Source: Catajapyx aquilonaris (lineage: Eukaryota). Taken from it: a stretch of 53,514 nucleotides of DNA. Under the pieces are notes generated by a model that made no database searches, was not told the DNA's origin, and saw nothing but the letters and a program-made list of their open reading frames with translations. Position 1 is the stretch's first letter, and each line of letters opens with the position of its first letter. Both the position numbers and the translations under genes were made by a program. Positions 36,400 through 48,150 of the stretch are shown here, piece after piece. Where the stretch lies: NCBI GenBank assembly GCA_000934665.2, contig KZ538690.1:1-53514 (forward strand), in the 5' to 3' direction.

Positions 36400-38747
36400 T
36401 TTGGAATTTATCCCATTCAGTTACATTATAATTAGGTCCCTTTTTAATACTTTTCACCTTGTGAACCTGTTTTGATGGTATCTAACCCCTTCATAAAACA
36501 GGGGCTACTTGTAATGCAAGAGACTCTAACACATGAAAATATTATTCTACTCTTTTGTTTCTCCTTCTCTTCCTTTATCTTCCCCTGCTTTTATAGCAAT
36601 CACGGTCTTGTTAGAGTGGTTCTCAAAAAGTTTTTGTAATGCAGGCCACATAGGTCATATACTTTATGGCCCATCCATGCCAAGAATTAAGAAATTATTC
36701 ATTATTGATCTATAAGAAGTAAAGTGAGCCTTGTATTTTCAAGTAAGTTTACATGTGAGACATTGAGAATTGCAGCTTAATGGATGTAAGTGCATACCTT
36801 ATTTGAAGAGTGAAATTTGGGCCCCTTGGGAGAAAAGTGAGCATGTCATCAGCCATGTGATGGTGATTTACTTCTACGTGTTAAAGCATGGCTGCCTGAT
36901 GAGTTTCCTTTTTTTCTTGCTGACATGATTAGGGCAGTACCTTGATAGCTAGATTGGGGATGATTCCATGGAATCCAGGCTCTTTAGTTGATTCATTATG
37001 GCATGATAGTATTTTGCCATAGGTACAAAACCCATTGATTTCATAATTATGGTACAGTTTTAAGCTTTTAAATAATAAAGCACTGATTATGACTTTTGCA
37101 CCAACTCACATGTGTACTGGGTGTAATAACACTTAAGGATAGTTTTTGAAGCACCATATGAGTCGTTGAGTTAATATTAAATTTTTGTTAGGTTCAAAAT
37201 AATCCACTCAAAGTATTTTGGAATTCACCTGTCGTAGACTTGGAATTAGGTCATTGCTATGTACTTGCAAGTACCTGTGGCAGTAAAGCACCATAAGATA
37301 TTTTCAAGTACAGGTTGGAGTACTGCTGTAGGTATTTGTGAGAAGTCTTGAACTATTTCCAGGTAGATGGTATGATAATTGTGACAGACTATACTTGCCT
37401 CTGACAGAATATGTATTTGCCGGCTCTTATGGTAGCTTATGAATTGTGTAATGCCAATATTGCAATTGCTTCACTGGATGAAGTATAGTTTTTTTTGGGC
37501 AAAGATAGGGTAATAAATCTTTAAGATTACTATACTTACACCTGGTATATGCTGCATGAATGAGCCTGTTTTGCACACACATTCTTGGCAAGTGAAACAC
37601 TGCTCATGATAAAACAACCTTGTTGGATTTAAAATCACATGAAGACCTATCAGTTTATCCATGCCTATCACATTGGAATGATTTTGAGATGTGAGGATTT
37701 TTAGTTGGAATATTGCATTCGGCCTAATGGGATCCGTTTTATTTAAACATAATTATCTGTAGTGGGCTGTAATTTTTCTCGGAAAAAGTGATGTGACCAA
37801 CAGAAAGTAGGCATCAAGGATCATGTCACTGATCATATTATGCAATTCCTAACTCAATTTTGACCAAGTGTGACTGATCGATTTGCATTTCAGGTCTTCT
37901 TATCTAGCTAGTGTCCATTTTTGCTAGATTGTAAATGGGAAATAGGCTCTGCTGCAAATATCTTGTTGCAAATTTTTCTGGCAGTTTTTTCATTAGGCCT
38001 ATATGAAAAATTTTAAATGCTACCTTGAGGAAGTCAAATTAGCAATATCAACACATTTTTGATTGGTTGGTAACAATGGCAGTAATTTCTTCTAAGTGAG
38101 GATGTGGCATTTGTTATGTTGTTAATTCAGTAAATGATTTTCATTACTCACTGCAGCTTTTCATGCATTCTTTCAAGATTGTACAAACAGTGGGAAAGAA
38201 TGTGAATCTAATTAGCAAATTTTAAGTACAGTTGTTTATGGTACTAATGACTGATAGTGGCTGCACATCAATAATGGAATATTGAGCCACAATTTGAAAT
38301 GCAGATATACAATACTCTACATTTTTATGCTTTAACATAGTTTGCAATTTTTCATTACACTTATTATTCAATACGTAGTGGATTGGAATTGAATCATTTG
38401 CCTTGAATGGTGAATTCTTTTTCATCGGGGAGAATTTTTTGAATTCAAAATGGACCCTCTTAAAATTTTGGATATGTTTCAGATGAGTTTTGGATAGAGA
38501 TTGAAGAAGTTATTCATGACAAAGAACTAGTCATGTTCTCACTTCTAGTTCATTGTGAAGTATATGCCAACTTTTTAAACCAATTGTCAAATTTTGTATA
38601 TGCACTCTATATGGCCATCCTAATCTACAAGCTAGTTTTTATGGTTCCACCAAAAACATGATGTGTTTCAGACACACTGACTTCATTCCACTTAGGAAGA
38701 AATGAGATATCTTGATACAAAAAAGCCTGGTTCAGCACTTGGAGTTG

Positions 38748-38924
38748 CCATATGAATATAAGGTGTTTGTGCCTTGGAAATTATCCTATGCAATTCCTGG
38801 TCTTATTCCTGGACTTGATTGTCCCAAGATCAAAACACGGTATCTTGGGACAATCAAGTCCAGGAATAAGACCAGGAATTGCATAGGATAATTTCCAAGG
38901 CACAAACACCTTGTATTCATATGG
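38748..38924. repeat. Near-perfect inverted repeat (83-bp arms, 11-nt loop)
   Basis: 38748-38830 is the reverse complement of 38842-38924 with one difference. Confidence 0.97.
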
Positions 38925-41026
38925 GAGGGTGGAATTAAGAGAGAATGGTGGATCTGAAGTGACACATGCTTTTGGCTGAACTATAACATTCTGCTGCTTA
39001 CAGTGTGTTGCTCGTTGCCATCACTTCCCTTCCTTTGAAACAAAACCAATGTTCCATTTCAATCTGCCACGAGAGGAGATATCACTAAGGCCTACTAAAA
39101 GTATGGGATTGAACCCTTCTGTTACTGCTGCTTGAAATTTCACGTGGGTGGGGTTTAATTGTCATTAAATCCCACCCCCTTGTCATCGGCCACATCTCAA
39201 TGAGCCAACCATTTATTTTCCCCTCGTGGCCAGCTGCACCAAACCCCACCTTTGGACCAGTGCTAGCTGTTGACAAGTGGCCATGGGGTGAATCTCTTGG
39301 ATTTTTTCGTTACTTCCTCCAATGAATTAGCTGCCCGATCAGCTGTAATGTGCCAAATTCAATGTCCAGAAATGTTATATTCGTGTTTCATAGTTGTTCA
39401 ATATCAGCCCAATGAGTGTGAAGAAATTCCTGACCATTCATTAAAATTTAGATAGTGAATTGCAAAATTTAGAAATTACGCTGGAGCCCATGTCATGGCT
39501 GCCATGTCATTGTGTTTTTGCTAATTATGTACTTATGCCGGGTTTTCCACCATAGTGCAATGAAATGATGCCAATATTTATTTAGCTTCAACTCCAAAAC
39601 GTTTTTGTGGGTAATTTTAATGTATAGGAAGGAAATATGTCAACGCTGCATGGAATTGGACATGAGTGCAGCCAAGTGTTACCCGAATCTCAGCCTCTTT
39701 TTAAACACCTTATTATCGTCTTATCACTGGACATAAACTTGTCAGACTTGTGCAATGTATAGAATAGGATCTGAGTCATGCATACCAATAGTTTTTCATT
39801 CCATATGTAAGCATTAGTGCACTTCTGAGAGCTAGATAATGGCACGAAAATTCAAATTTTTGGCACTTTTTCGCATCAACATTATTTTTATAACTCAGGT
39901 GTTGACTGAAAAACATCAAATATTTGTCAGATGAAGTTTGTATTGTAAAAATTCCGACGACATCTCACGCATTTACATCGTGACCTTGACACTTGAGATC
40001 CGGGAATTTTTTTCATTAATCTGATTTTCGGAATAGCAGTAACGGAAGGGTTAAAAGCACTGAGAATGAGCTTGTTACAATATTGTTAAAATAGCACAGG
40101 CATTTGCCAGACTTCCCAGTGTCCAGTCTTGTACTTTAAAATTGAGGGAAGCCTGATCAGTGGATGGCTCTGGGAGCCAACAACTTGCAAAAAATAGGTG
40201 AAATTCAACATATGACATTTCCAAACATTAGGAGAGTTAGATTTTGAACACAAAAATGTATTAGAAACTAATCCCTTCACAGTTCACTTTGGAAAGGCTG
40301 CTTCCAACTGGCAGTTGAATTAAAGTTTGCTTTTTAATGATTCGTTACTTTTGGGACTGAGATAGATAAAGAAAATGTCCTAATCTGGAACTGATGTGAC
40401 ATTATTTGGTTATAGTGCAGTTGATTATTGTAGTCAGACCCTTTCTTAATAAGGAATTTGCATTATTCACTTCTCTTTTCCATTTTTTACTCTTTTCTTC
40501 CCCATGCCCCACCCCTCCACTCATTTCACCCTTCCAAAGTCTTCCAGAGGAACCCTGCAGCAAGGAGTGCTATGTAATAAAATGGAATGTAGTAATTCAT
40601 TATTCCAAGTTGAACAGATCAGGTGAAAGAGGCTCTCCTGTGCTACCTCGGTGGGTTTCACTTTAGTTAGTTACCCATCAAACTTAAATCCTGTACCTCT
40701 TATTTATTGGACAGTTGATGTTAGTGCAGGGCACTGAGTTATAGTGGGGCAGTATGATGATGTCATGCAGGAATGCTACTTGCTGCTGCCATAATGGATG
40801 TTGGGAAGGTGCATCTTGAGCATGGTTCAGCTTTCTCAATTCATTCATGATTGCCTTACTTTGGCTTTGTACTTCTTAATTTAGCTTATGCTTTACTAGT
40901 ATGGTAGCTATAGATTGTTGGCACCTCGAGAAGGAGGATTTTGTTTATGGAAATATTTTTTACTAGCATATTTTTTTCTGACACACACTGAGGTATGTTA
41001 TGTTTGTGTTGTTCTTGCTCCATTAG

Positions 41027-41164
41027 AAGAGAAAGAGAACGTAAAACAAATGAGAATGCATCATCCACAACTGAGGCTGTCACTGCCACTGCCACTACCA
41101 CTACTGCCACAGCCCCTAAGGTCACTGGAATGCCACCATTGCCTCCTGGTGGTCAGGTCAGAAG
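41027..41164 (+). CDS. PPP1R12A: MYPT1/Mbs coding exon, symmetric (Thr/Ala-rich)
   Basis: ctccattag| ... |gtcagt; 138 nt, phase 2-2; RERERKTNENASSTTEAVTATATTTTATAPKVTGMPPLPPGGQVR. Confidence 0.8.
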
Positions 41165-41943
41165 GTCAGTATCCTGCCATTATCCTGATGTTACTCCCTC
41201 TCCACTGTTTGAATTGCAGTTTTGCATTGGTTTTAAGTTACTTGGTAAACTATCCATAAAGATCAGATTTTTAAACTGATAATACAACAGTTTTATTGCC
41301 ATGATAAATTAGATATTGTAGATGAACTTATTGCAATAATTTTTCTGTGGTATGTTTAGAATTTTATAAGTTATGAAATGTCTTTCTTCTCATGACCATA
41401 TGTATTTAAAAAGTCATGCAGGTGTTAAAATACTCACTTTATTACAGCTTGCAATTCTTAATATTAGGGTCATTCCGATGAAAACGGGCCACTGTCACAG
41501 CAAATTTCCGGATGGGTTTGTCGCGACATCTTGTACACAAAACAAAGGTGTAGTATTATGACACACAGACAGTTGGCCATTTGATCACTGGACACAGTTG
41601 CAGTGTGCCTTTGTTCAGGAACCCTTCCCCCTCCCCTCTCTCCCCCCCCCCCCNCCACCTCTCAAAATAAACCATCCACTCAGATATGGAAGCAACGAAT
41701 GTTGAGCAGCTTGCGGTAATCCATCTTTGAACTGCGGAAAGTGTCGCCAGTACAGAAATACATAACCACATGAGTACCTGGTACGAAAACTGTATGCCTT
41801 TGCCACGTGTTAGAGCCCGGAGTAAGCGGTTTGCTTGCCCTGGCCTGGAATCACGAGTCAATGGCGACCGCCCCTCTCGGAACCGCTTACTCCAGGCTCT
41901 AACACATGGCAAAAACAGGTAGTTTTAGTACACGGTACTCATA

Positions 41944-42346
41944 CAGTACCCCGCATTAATGGCCATGCACAGACACCGCCATCTAGCGGGAAAGAGTGGA
42001 AGTAGATGAAGTTGGCTGCGTCCAAAATACTTGGGACAGCTCAAGGCTTCTCACGAGTCCGCTCAAGGCTGCTCAAGACATCACGGTGGATTAACAGGCA
42101 TTCACGTGGTACGTGTAATAACTGGATCACAACCTCAATACATTGATAGGAATCGCAATGGCCTTATAATATTCATCCCACAGATATATCTGTGATCCGC
42201 TGTGATCCATCTTTGTAGCAAGCGTTTGAATCAACCGCGATATCTTGAGCTGTCCAAGTATTTTGGACGCAGTCCACCGGCGCCTCATTCCGCTCGTTCT
42301 TGGACAGATGGCGATGTCTGTGCATGGCCATTAATGCAGGGTACTG
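41944..42346. mobile_element. pogo/Tigger-like MITE nested in the mariner fold-back
   Basis: TA+cagtaccccgcattaatggccatgcacagaca / tgtctgtgcatggccattaatgcagggtactg+TA. Confidence 0.85.
42014..42274. mobile_element. Harbinger-like MITE nested in the pogo-like MITE
   Basis: ggctgcgtccaaaatacttgggacagctcaag / cttgagctgtccaagtattttggacgcagtc. Confidence 0.72.
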
Positions 42347-43202
42347 TACCAGACAGAGATGGATTTCTGTACTCCCGACACTTTCCGCAGTTCAAAGATG
42401 GATTATCACTGAATGATCAGCATTCATTGCTTCCCTATCCTAATGGACAGTCTTTTTGAAGGGGGAATCCTGAACAAAGGCGCACTGCGACTGTGTCGAG
42501 TGATGGATGGCCAAATGGCAGTTGTGTCATAAGACTACATTGGTACGGCCTTCATTTTGTGTACAAGATATTGCGACAAACCCATCCGGAAATTTGCTAT
42601 ATGACCGTGGCTCGTTTTCATCTGAATGAACCTTATATTATTCCCTTTGTTCTTCCCAATGTCTATTTAATGTCACATAATCACATTACATATTATACCA
42701 TGTGTTCTGAAATTCAGCTCACATCTCTTGGTGGAAATCCGCTGGACCCTCCTCACTCAAGTTGGCAGCATTACATAAAAGTAGTGTATGCACGTACATG
42801 AGGCCTGCCATGGCTTTCTACCAAACTGAATACTTGAGTTAGAAGTGTACACAGGATTTTCACCATTATTGTGAGCTTACTTTTGGAACACCTAGTATAT
42901 TTCCTATAAAAACAACTACAATGTACAATTTATGGTGGTGGTGCATAAGTGGTCAGTTCACATCTCAATTAAGCATAGGAGTAAGATGTCATAACAATAA
43001 GTCAAAACAAGTAGCTTGTAATTTTTATTTGATACCATTCTAGAATTTAAATATCTTTTGGAGAAATAAAAATGCTTCAGCAATGCAGCAACATGATATG
43101 CTTATCTTAAAGGGCTTGCTTGAGACATGGCAAGGAAGGGAAATAGAGGAGGGCCACAAAAATTATGCAGCTGTCATGTTTTTCAATGCCTGTCGCTTTC
43201 AG

Positions 43203-43343
43203 TTTGTCCCAGGCCACAGGAAACTCAACTCCTTCTCAAACTCCTACATCTCAACCTCCAACTCCAAACTCAACTCCCAACACCCCCACTTCTCCTGGAG
43301 GAAGTAAACTCAGTCCTGGGAACATCTTTAAGAATCTTTTCAA
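43203..43343 (+). CDS. PPP1R12A: MYPT1/Mbs coding exon, symmetric (Pro/Ser/Thr-rich; probable cassette)
   Basis: gctttcag| ... |gtgcgt; 141 nt, phase 2-2; LSQATGNSTPSQTPTSQPPTPNSTPNTPTSPGGSKLSPGNIFKNLF(K). Confidence 0.78.
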
Positions 43344-44020
43344 GTGCGTAGGCATCTTTCCAACGCATTGCATGTTGTCAGGTGGCATTGTGCTGGAGTC
43401 CACTGCACTTCCTTGTTGCATTTTTTAGTCCCCATTACCACTTGTGCTAGTTCTGCACTGCGCATACAACCTTTAAAGTTTTTGGTTGGCATGACTTGGC
43501 AGCTTGGAATCTGCAAAAATCAGCCATGTTGCAAGTGTTGGGAGTGTAGGGTCATTTATATATTACAACTGATTTGGCCCAAGTGATTGCCAAAAATCAT
43601 GCAACACCCATTACTGGTGACCAAGTTTTTCTGGATGGTACTACAAGCAGTCCTTATTATACATACATCTATATCTCTCTCCCCCTATGCATTCTTTTGC
43701 AGTGCAACTAATTTGTCGTCATATTCTGTGCATTTCAAATACTTGTTTTGCTGACTGATTTTCAGAATATCAACGAAGTGCTGCAACTTGTCTTTTCCTT
43801 GTATTGTGCAAAATTATTGAAATCAAATTGTTTATTTCTTGCCTGACTCAGCTAGTGGTTCAGCAAAATTCAGTATCATTGTTGTTTTTATTATGTTGTA
43901 TGTTGCTGAGCAAGATATTGAATCTACCTATCATTACAAATGGGCTCCCACTATCAGCATTACTTTTCTGATGAGGGTTTTCAAATCCAACCTGTCCACA
44001 TGACAAACAGCAATGATGTA

Positions 44021-44558
44021 GGAGGGCCGTACTGAAAGTAACGTAGTAGTGGGCATAACCTTTCTATTAACTGACATGGGTGGTTCAAATTGCAAATGTT
44101 AGAGTAACTCCTCCTCTATACAGGTGTGTCGTAACTTTTGTCCTCATAGCAGGTGAATAACAGATTTCAAGCAGAAGCAATGTGTCGTAATTAAGTTCTT
44201 GGTGAAGGAGAATGCAGTGTCAGACATCCAGAGAAGGCTTACAGAATGTTTACAGAGATGACATATGCACAAGAGCAATGGGCACAGATGGATGAAGTTT
44301 AATGAAGGGGATACTAGCAATAAAGATAAACCACCCAGTGAGAGACCATCAACTGCCATCACTGACTGGACTCCTCCTTCGCCAAGAACTCAATTACGGC
44401 ACATTGCTTCTGTTTGGAATCTGTTATTCACCTGCTATGAAGACAGACACACCTGTATAGAGGAAGAGTTACTCTCACAACACTTGCAATTTGAACCACC
44501 CATGTCAGTTAATAGAAAAGTTATGCCGACTATTGCGATACTTTCGGTACCGCTCTCG
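44021..44558 (+). mobile_element. Mariner internal-deletion derivative with transposase N-terminal remnant
   Basis: TA-flanked ~78-bp TIRs (ttctattaactgacatgggtggttcaaattgcaa and its inverse); frameshifted peptide KQKQCVVIKFLVKE...IQRRL...MHKSNGHRWMKFNEGDTSNKDKPPSERPSTAITD (44169-44366) is the mariner HTH/GRP region. Confidence 0.85.
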
Positions 44559-44560
44559 TA

Positions 44561-45243
44561 CGAGGGTTGATTCATAAGTCATTGCGCGTATTTTTAAATT
44601 CAAAAACAGTAACACATACAGAGATGACCTGTGCTGAGTTTTGAAGATCCAGCGATTACAATTTTATCTGGCATATAGATTCCACCCATATCGCAAGGGG
44701 GCCGGAAAACAAAAGGGGATCGTGACCTCCCTCACCGCACCATCGCCCTAAGAAGGCCCGAGCCTGACGCGCTTGGAGCTGTTGGATGCTGCATTCGGGA
44801 CACTCGGAGATGGACAACACAGGAGCTTGCTTTCGAGTGTGGGGCAAGTCAGAGCACTATGACCTGAGCCATGTGTCATTCATTGCCACAGACGGTTTTA
44901 AAAAACCATTGTCCTCAATGCGATAGAGTTCCAAGCGAGGGAAAAATGGCGGCACTTTTGCACCTCAAAGAGATGGCGAGGAACCAGTGAGGATGCCAGC
45001 TTCCTGAGACCTTTCTAGTCTTTCGGAGTCCTAAGCATACTGCTCTGACTTGTCCCACACTCGAAATCAAGCTCCTGTGTTGTCTATTGCCAAGTGTCCA
45101 GCATGCAACATCCAACAGCTCCAAGCTAATAAGCTAATAAAATTGTAATCGCGGGATCTTTAAAACTCAGCAAAGGTCATCTCTGTATGTGTTACCGTTT
45201 TTGAATTTAAAAATACCTGCAATGACTTATGAATCAACCCTCG
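44561..45243. mobile_element. Palindromic mariner-like MITE
   Basis: TA+cgagggttgattcataagtcattgc / gcaatgacttatgaatcaaccctcg; outer arms ~105 bp and inner arms ~44773-44860 / 45035-45125. Confidence 0.88.
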
Positions 45244-45450
45244 GATATTAATAGGCCCATTCAAAACATCTTGTGTATACGTTAATGGTTTACTTGGGAT
45301 AACATTCTCCACACATTTGGTTATGCCTCACAATATTTTGGCACGTAACAAGGCCTGCTTGTGTTTAACTTTGAAGTAGATCACATTTGCCGTTGACACA
45401 GAACATTTTCTGAAGCTGCTGCTGCCAAGGACCCAAATTTGGACTCTATA

Positions 45451-45698
45451 CAGGGTGTTCCAAGTATCCGAGTCATTTTTTGTTATCACTAATATTGTTC
45501 AAAGCTGTTATTTTTATTTGACTTGTTGACTTGTTGACTTGCGCCCCAATGCAGGTGTCCAATTATTCCAAGGTGGTTGAATGCAGCAGCTGCTATATAA
45601 TAGGGCACCTGGATCGGGACACAACACACGACAAAAAAATAACAGCTCCACGCAAAATTTCCCATAACTAAAGCAACCCACACACTTGGAACACCCTG
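45451..45698. mobile_element. Tc1/mariner-type MITE (uninterrupted copy of the 15220-17836 host)
   Basis: TA+cagggtgttccaagt / acttggaacaccctg+TA. Confidence 0.88.
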
Positions 45699-46919
45699 TA
45701 TTTCAAGTTTTTAACTGGTTAAAAAGCTCCAGTATAGAGTACAAATTAGAATATATTGATGAGAGTAATGTTACACGTGCAGGTTGCATTCACAGCTTTT
45801 GGTCATTATGTCACCTGAGTTGTCGTCAGTCTGGTCCTTTCAGAAATGACATTTTGATCAATGCAGGGGATAGTATTTGGGAGTAGAATTTTTTAGTTGC
45901 AATGTGTGGGCTAGGAAAAGAGGACAGAGGCAATGAATAGTTATGTAAATATGGCTGGATTGGTTGAGAGCTACACAGAGCAAGTGTAATAATTCAAAAT
46001 GGCTGTGTAGTGTAGAGCATCGAGTTGCATGTAGAAACATCAAGCAGTATGATTGGAAGGCCTGTGTTGGTAATACACTGCACAACAAAATTGAGAGTTG
46101 AAAAAAAAAAAAATCATTCAGCTGTGAATGAACCTCTTCTGTAAGAGAACAAATATTGGCACATAACTAGCCCCAACCCTTCTGTTGAGTTGGCACAAAA
46201 AGGAAGATCTTCACCCTGTTCTGCCCAGGGATCACCCCATGCAACTAATGCATGTGGAAAATTGTCAACTCAGACTGACTAGCCCAATTGTGTGACATTC
46301 CTATGCTACTACCTGGAAGTCCTGCTGGACCACCATGGCCAGGGAGTTTCAACCATGACCCTTAGTTCTCATGCTCCTTGTAGGTCATGCGATACTGGTC
46401 ACTGGCTATTGACCAAGTACATTTGCTAGTTGATTAATTCAGCGAGTTCCTAAGGTCACATCCCTTTAAGATTTTCAACCCCTGCATACCACCACCTACA
46501 TGAGATCAAGGTAATGGGTGCAAATTTTACCTTTCCAAAGGTAACTGTTAATTGGAACCATATAGTTAGGAACAATCCAAAATCACATGACATGGCAATC
46601 CCTTTAAGGCACCTCATTGTTCAAGTTGACCAATCCCAGGGAGGCAGAGTGATGCTGCGGTATCGTACATGCCCACTGATGGAAGGGTCTCCGGTTCAAT
46701 TCTAAGCCCTGTCTTGCTGCCCCCCGTTCAGCTTACGTGAGGTTGGGTGGTTTCTGGCTCTGTATTAGGTGGGACTCCCTGAGACTACCCAGGGAACTCG
46801 CGAAAGGACTGCATGAGATATTGCACTTGTACCTTGTGCCTCCCCTCCCACTCCCCTGCCTACAGACACACATGCTCTTCAAAAAGGTTCCAAAATGTTT
46901 ACTACAGTAGTATATCATA

Positions 46920-47256
46920 TATTTTTTTTTTTTTTCATTACCCCATATTTATTGTGCATATATGGGGGGTGGATTACCACCATCAGAATTATTTTTTGGA
47001 GCGTGTTAAGAAGGATCTTATTATTATGCTCCAAGGTTGTTAGGAGGGGATGTGCAAAGTGCGTGTGCGCTGTCGAGTAGTGGTCATTTTGTGAACTCCC
47101 CCGGGTGGCTTAGTCTATCGGAAATTGCCACCCGAAACGAAGCCAGAGATGGCCCAACTCGGCACGAAAGAAGGTGGGAACCCCGGGTGGGGATTGAACC
47201 CGGGACCTTCACTTCCGTGGGCGCGCGCGTTACCGCGGCGCCACTCCGTCTCCCTT
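46920..47256 (-). mobile_element. tRNA-derived SINE, family A
   Basis: Reverse complement of 8130-8471; 13-bp TSD gtagtatatcata (46907-46919, 47257-47269); poly-A tail on the - strand. Confidence 0.9.
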
Positions 47257-47849
47257 GTAGTATATCATAATAGAGGTCTGCACTACATACCTCACAAGAA
47301 GATCAAGCACTTTATTATTATTACTGACCAATCTCTCCAAGAAGCTGTTGAAAATGACATTGGATTTGATGCAAAAGTTGGCATTGTATTGCAGGATCTC
47401 TCTGGAGTGGTTCCAGGCAAATGAAATCACTTTTTTTTTTGTCACAGAGATGCCAAAACCCAATGATGTGAAGCCTCATTTAGGGCCCATCTCAAGGTTG
47501 TCGAGAAATAGGTTTGAAAACACTTCTCAATATGAAGCAACATTGTCCCTCAGTCACACCCCTGCTTCTGTCATTATGCCATCAATGAATCACCCCAAAA
47601 ACATTGTTGCGTTTTCAGCAATGTCAATTACAGTAGTGTTGTTTGCCATAATGCTCAGAGGCATGCATCCAAGGCCTCCACAAAGTGAGGCAAATGCTGC
47701 TGACTTCTCAGGAGAGGTGGAGCTGTACAAGTTGCTGGCCTTTGAGGGGCACACTTTGAGTCTGATGCAAACCCCACAGTGTTTTCAAAGTGATTCATTT
47801 GTGGCACTATGCCAGTTCCCCAGGATGACACTAATGCAGAATGTTGGAC

Positions 47850-48150
47850 TCGAATGATATTGGTTTTTTTTTTCGTACCCTTGGGACCACCACAATTGAT
47901 GTTGGGAATTTTGGAGAAGTGGTACCTTGCAATGGCAAGAAGAATTTCCTATGCCTGGGAGGAGTCCAGAGTGATCTTGTAATACAAGCGCAACTGCGTT
48001 ACACACAAACGGGCACCTTTTGCTTGAAATTAATGCTTAAAAGTTGTTATTTTCCACAGCACCTTAGGGAGAGATTTATAGACGACCATGAGAGGTGTGC
48101 ATTTGATGTCATCTGGTACTCAAGGGTGATTAGGATTGTTCCCAACCGTT
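47850..48150 (-). pseudogene. Decayed pogo-like DDE transposase fragment
   Basis: Minus-strand peptides VPDDIKCTPLMVVYKSLP (cf. ADG.KLPP.VIFK), ITLDSSQA (cf. LLDS..AH) and (C)GGPKGT (cf. IP.GTT) occur in the expected order, with stops and frameshifts. Confidence 0.42.

Larger units (their letters stand above)
41464..42635. mobile_element. Fold-back mariner derivative made of two inverted 5' ends
   Basis: TA-flanked TIRs ttagggtcattc / gaatgaacctta; each arm carries a decayed transposase start (MEATNVEQLAVIHL*TAESVASTEIHNHMSTWYENCMPLPRVRARSKRF from 41686 on +; ...VRAWSKRFREGRSPLTRDSRPGQ on -). Confidence 0.85.

Noticed and set aside
40030..40054. piggyBac-like ends (ggaagggttaa here; ttaacccttt at ~18122)
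   Set aside because: No matching partner TIR identified, so element boundaries cannot be supported.
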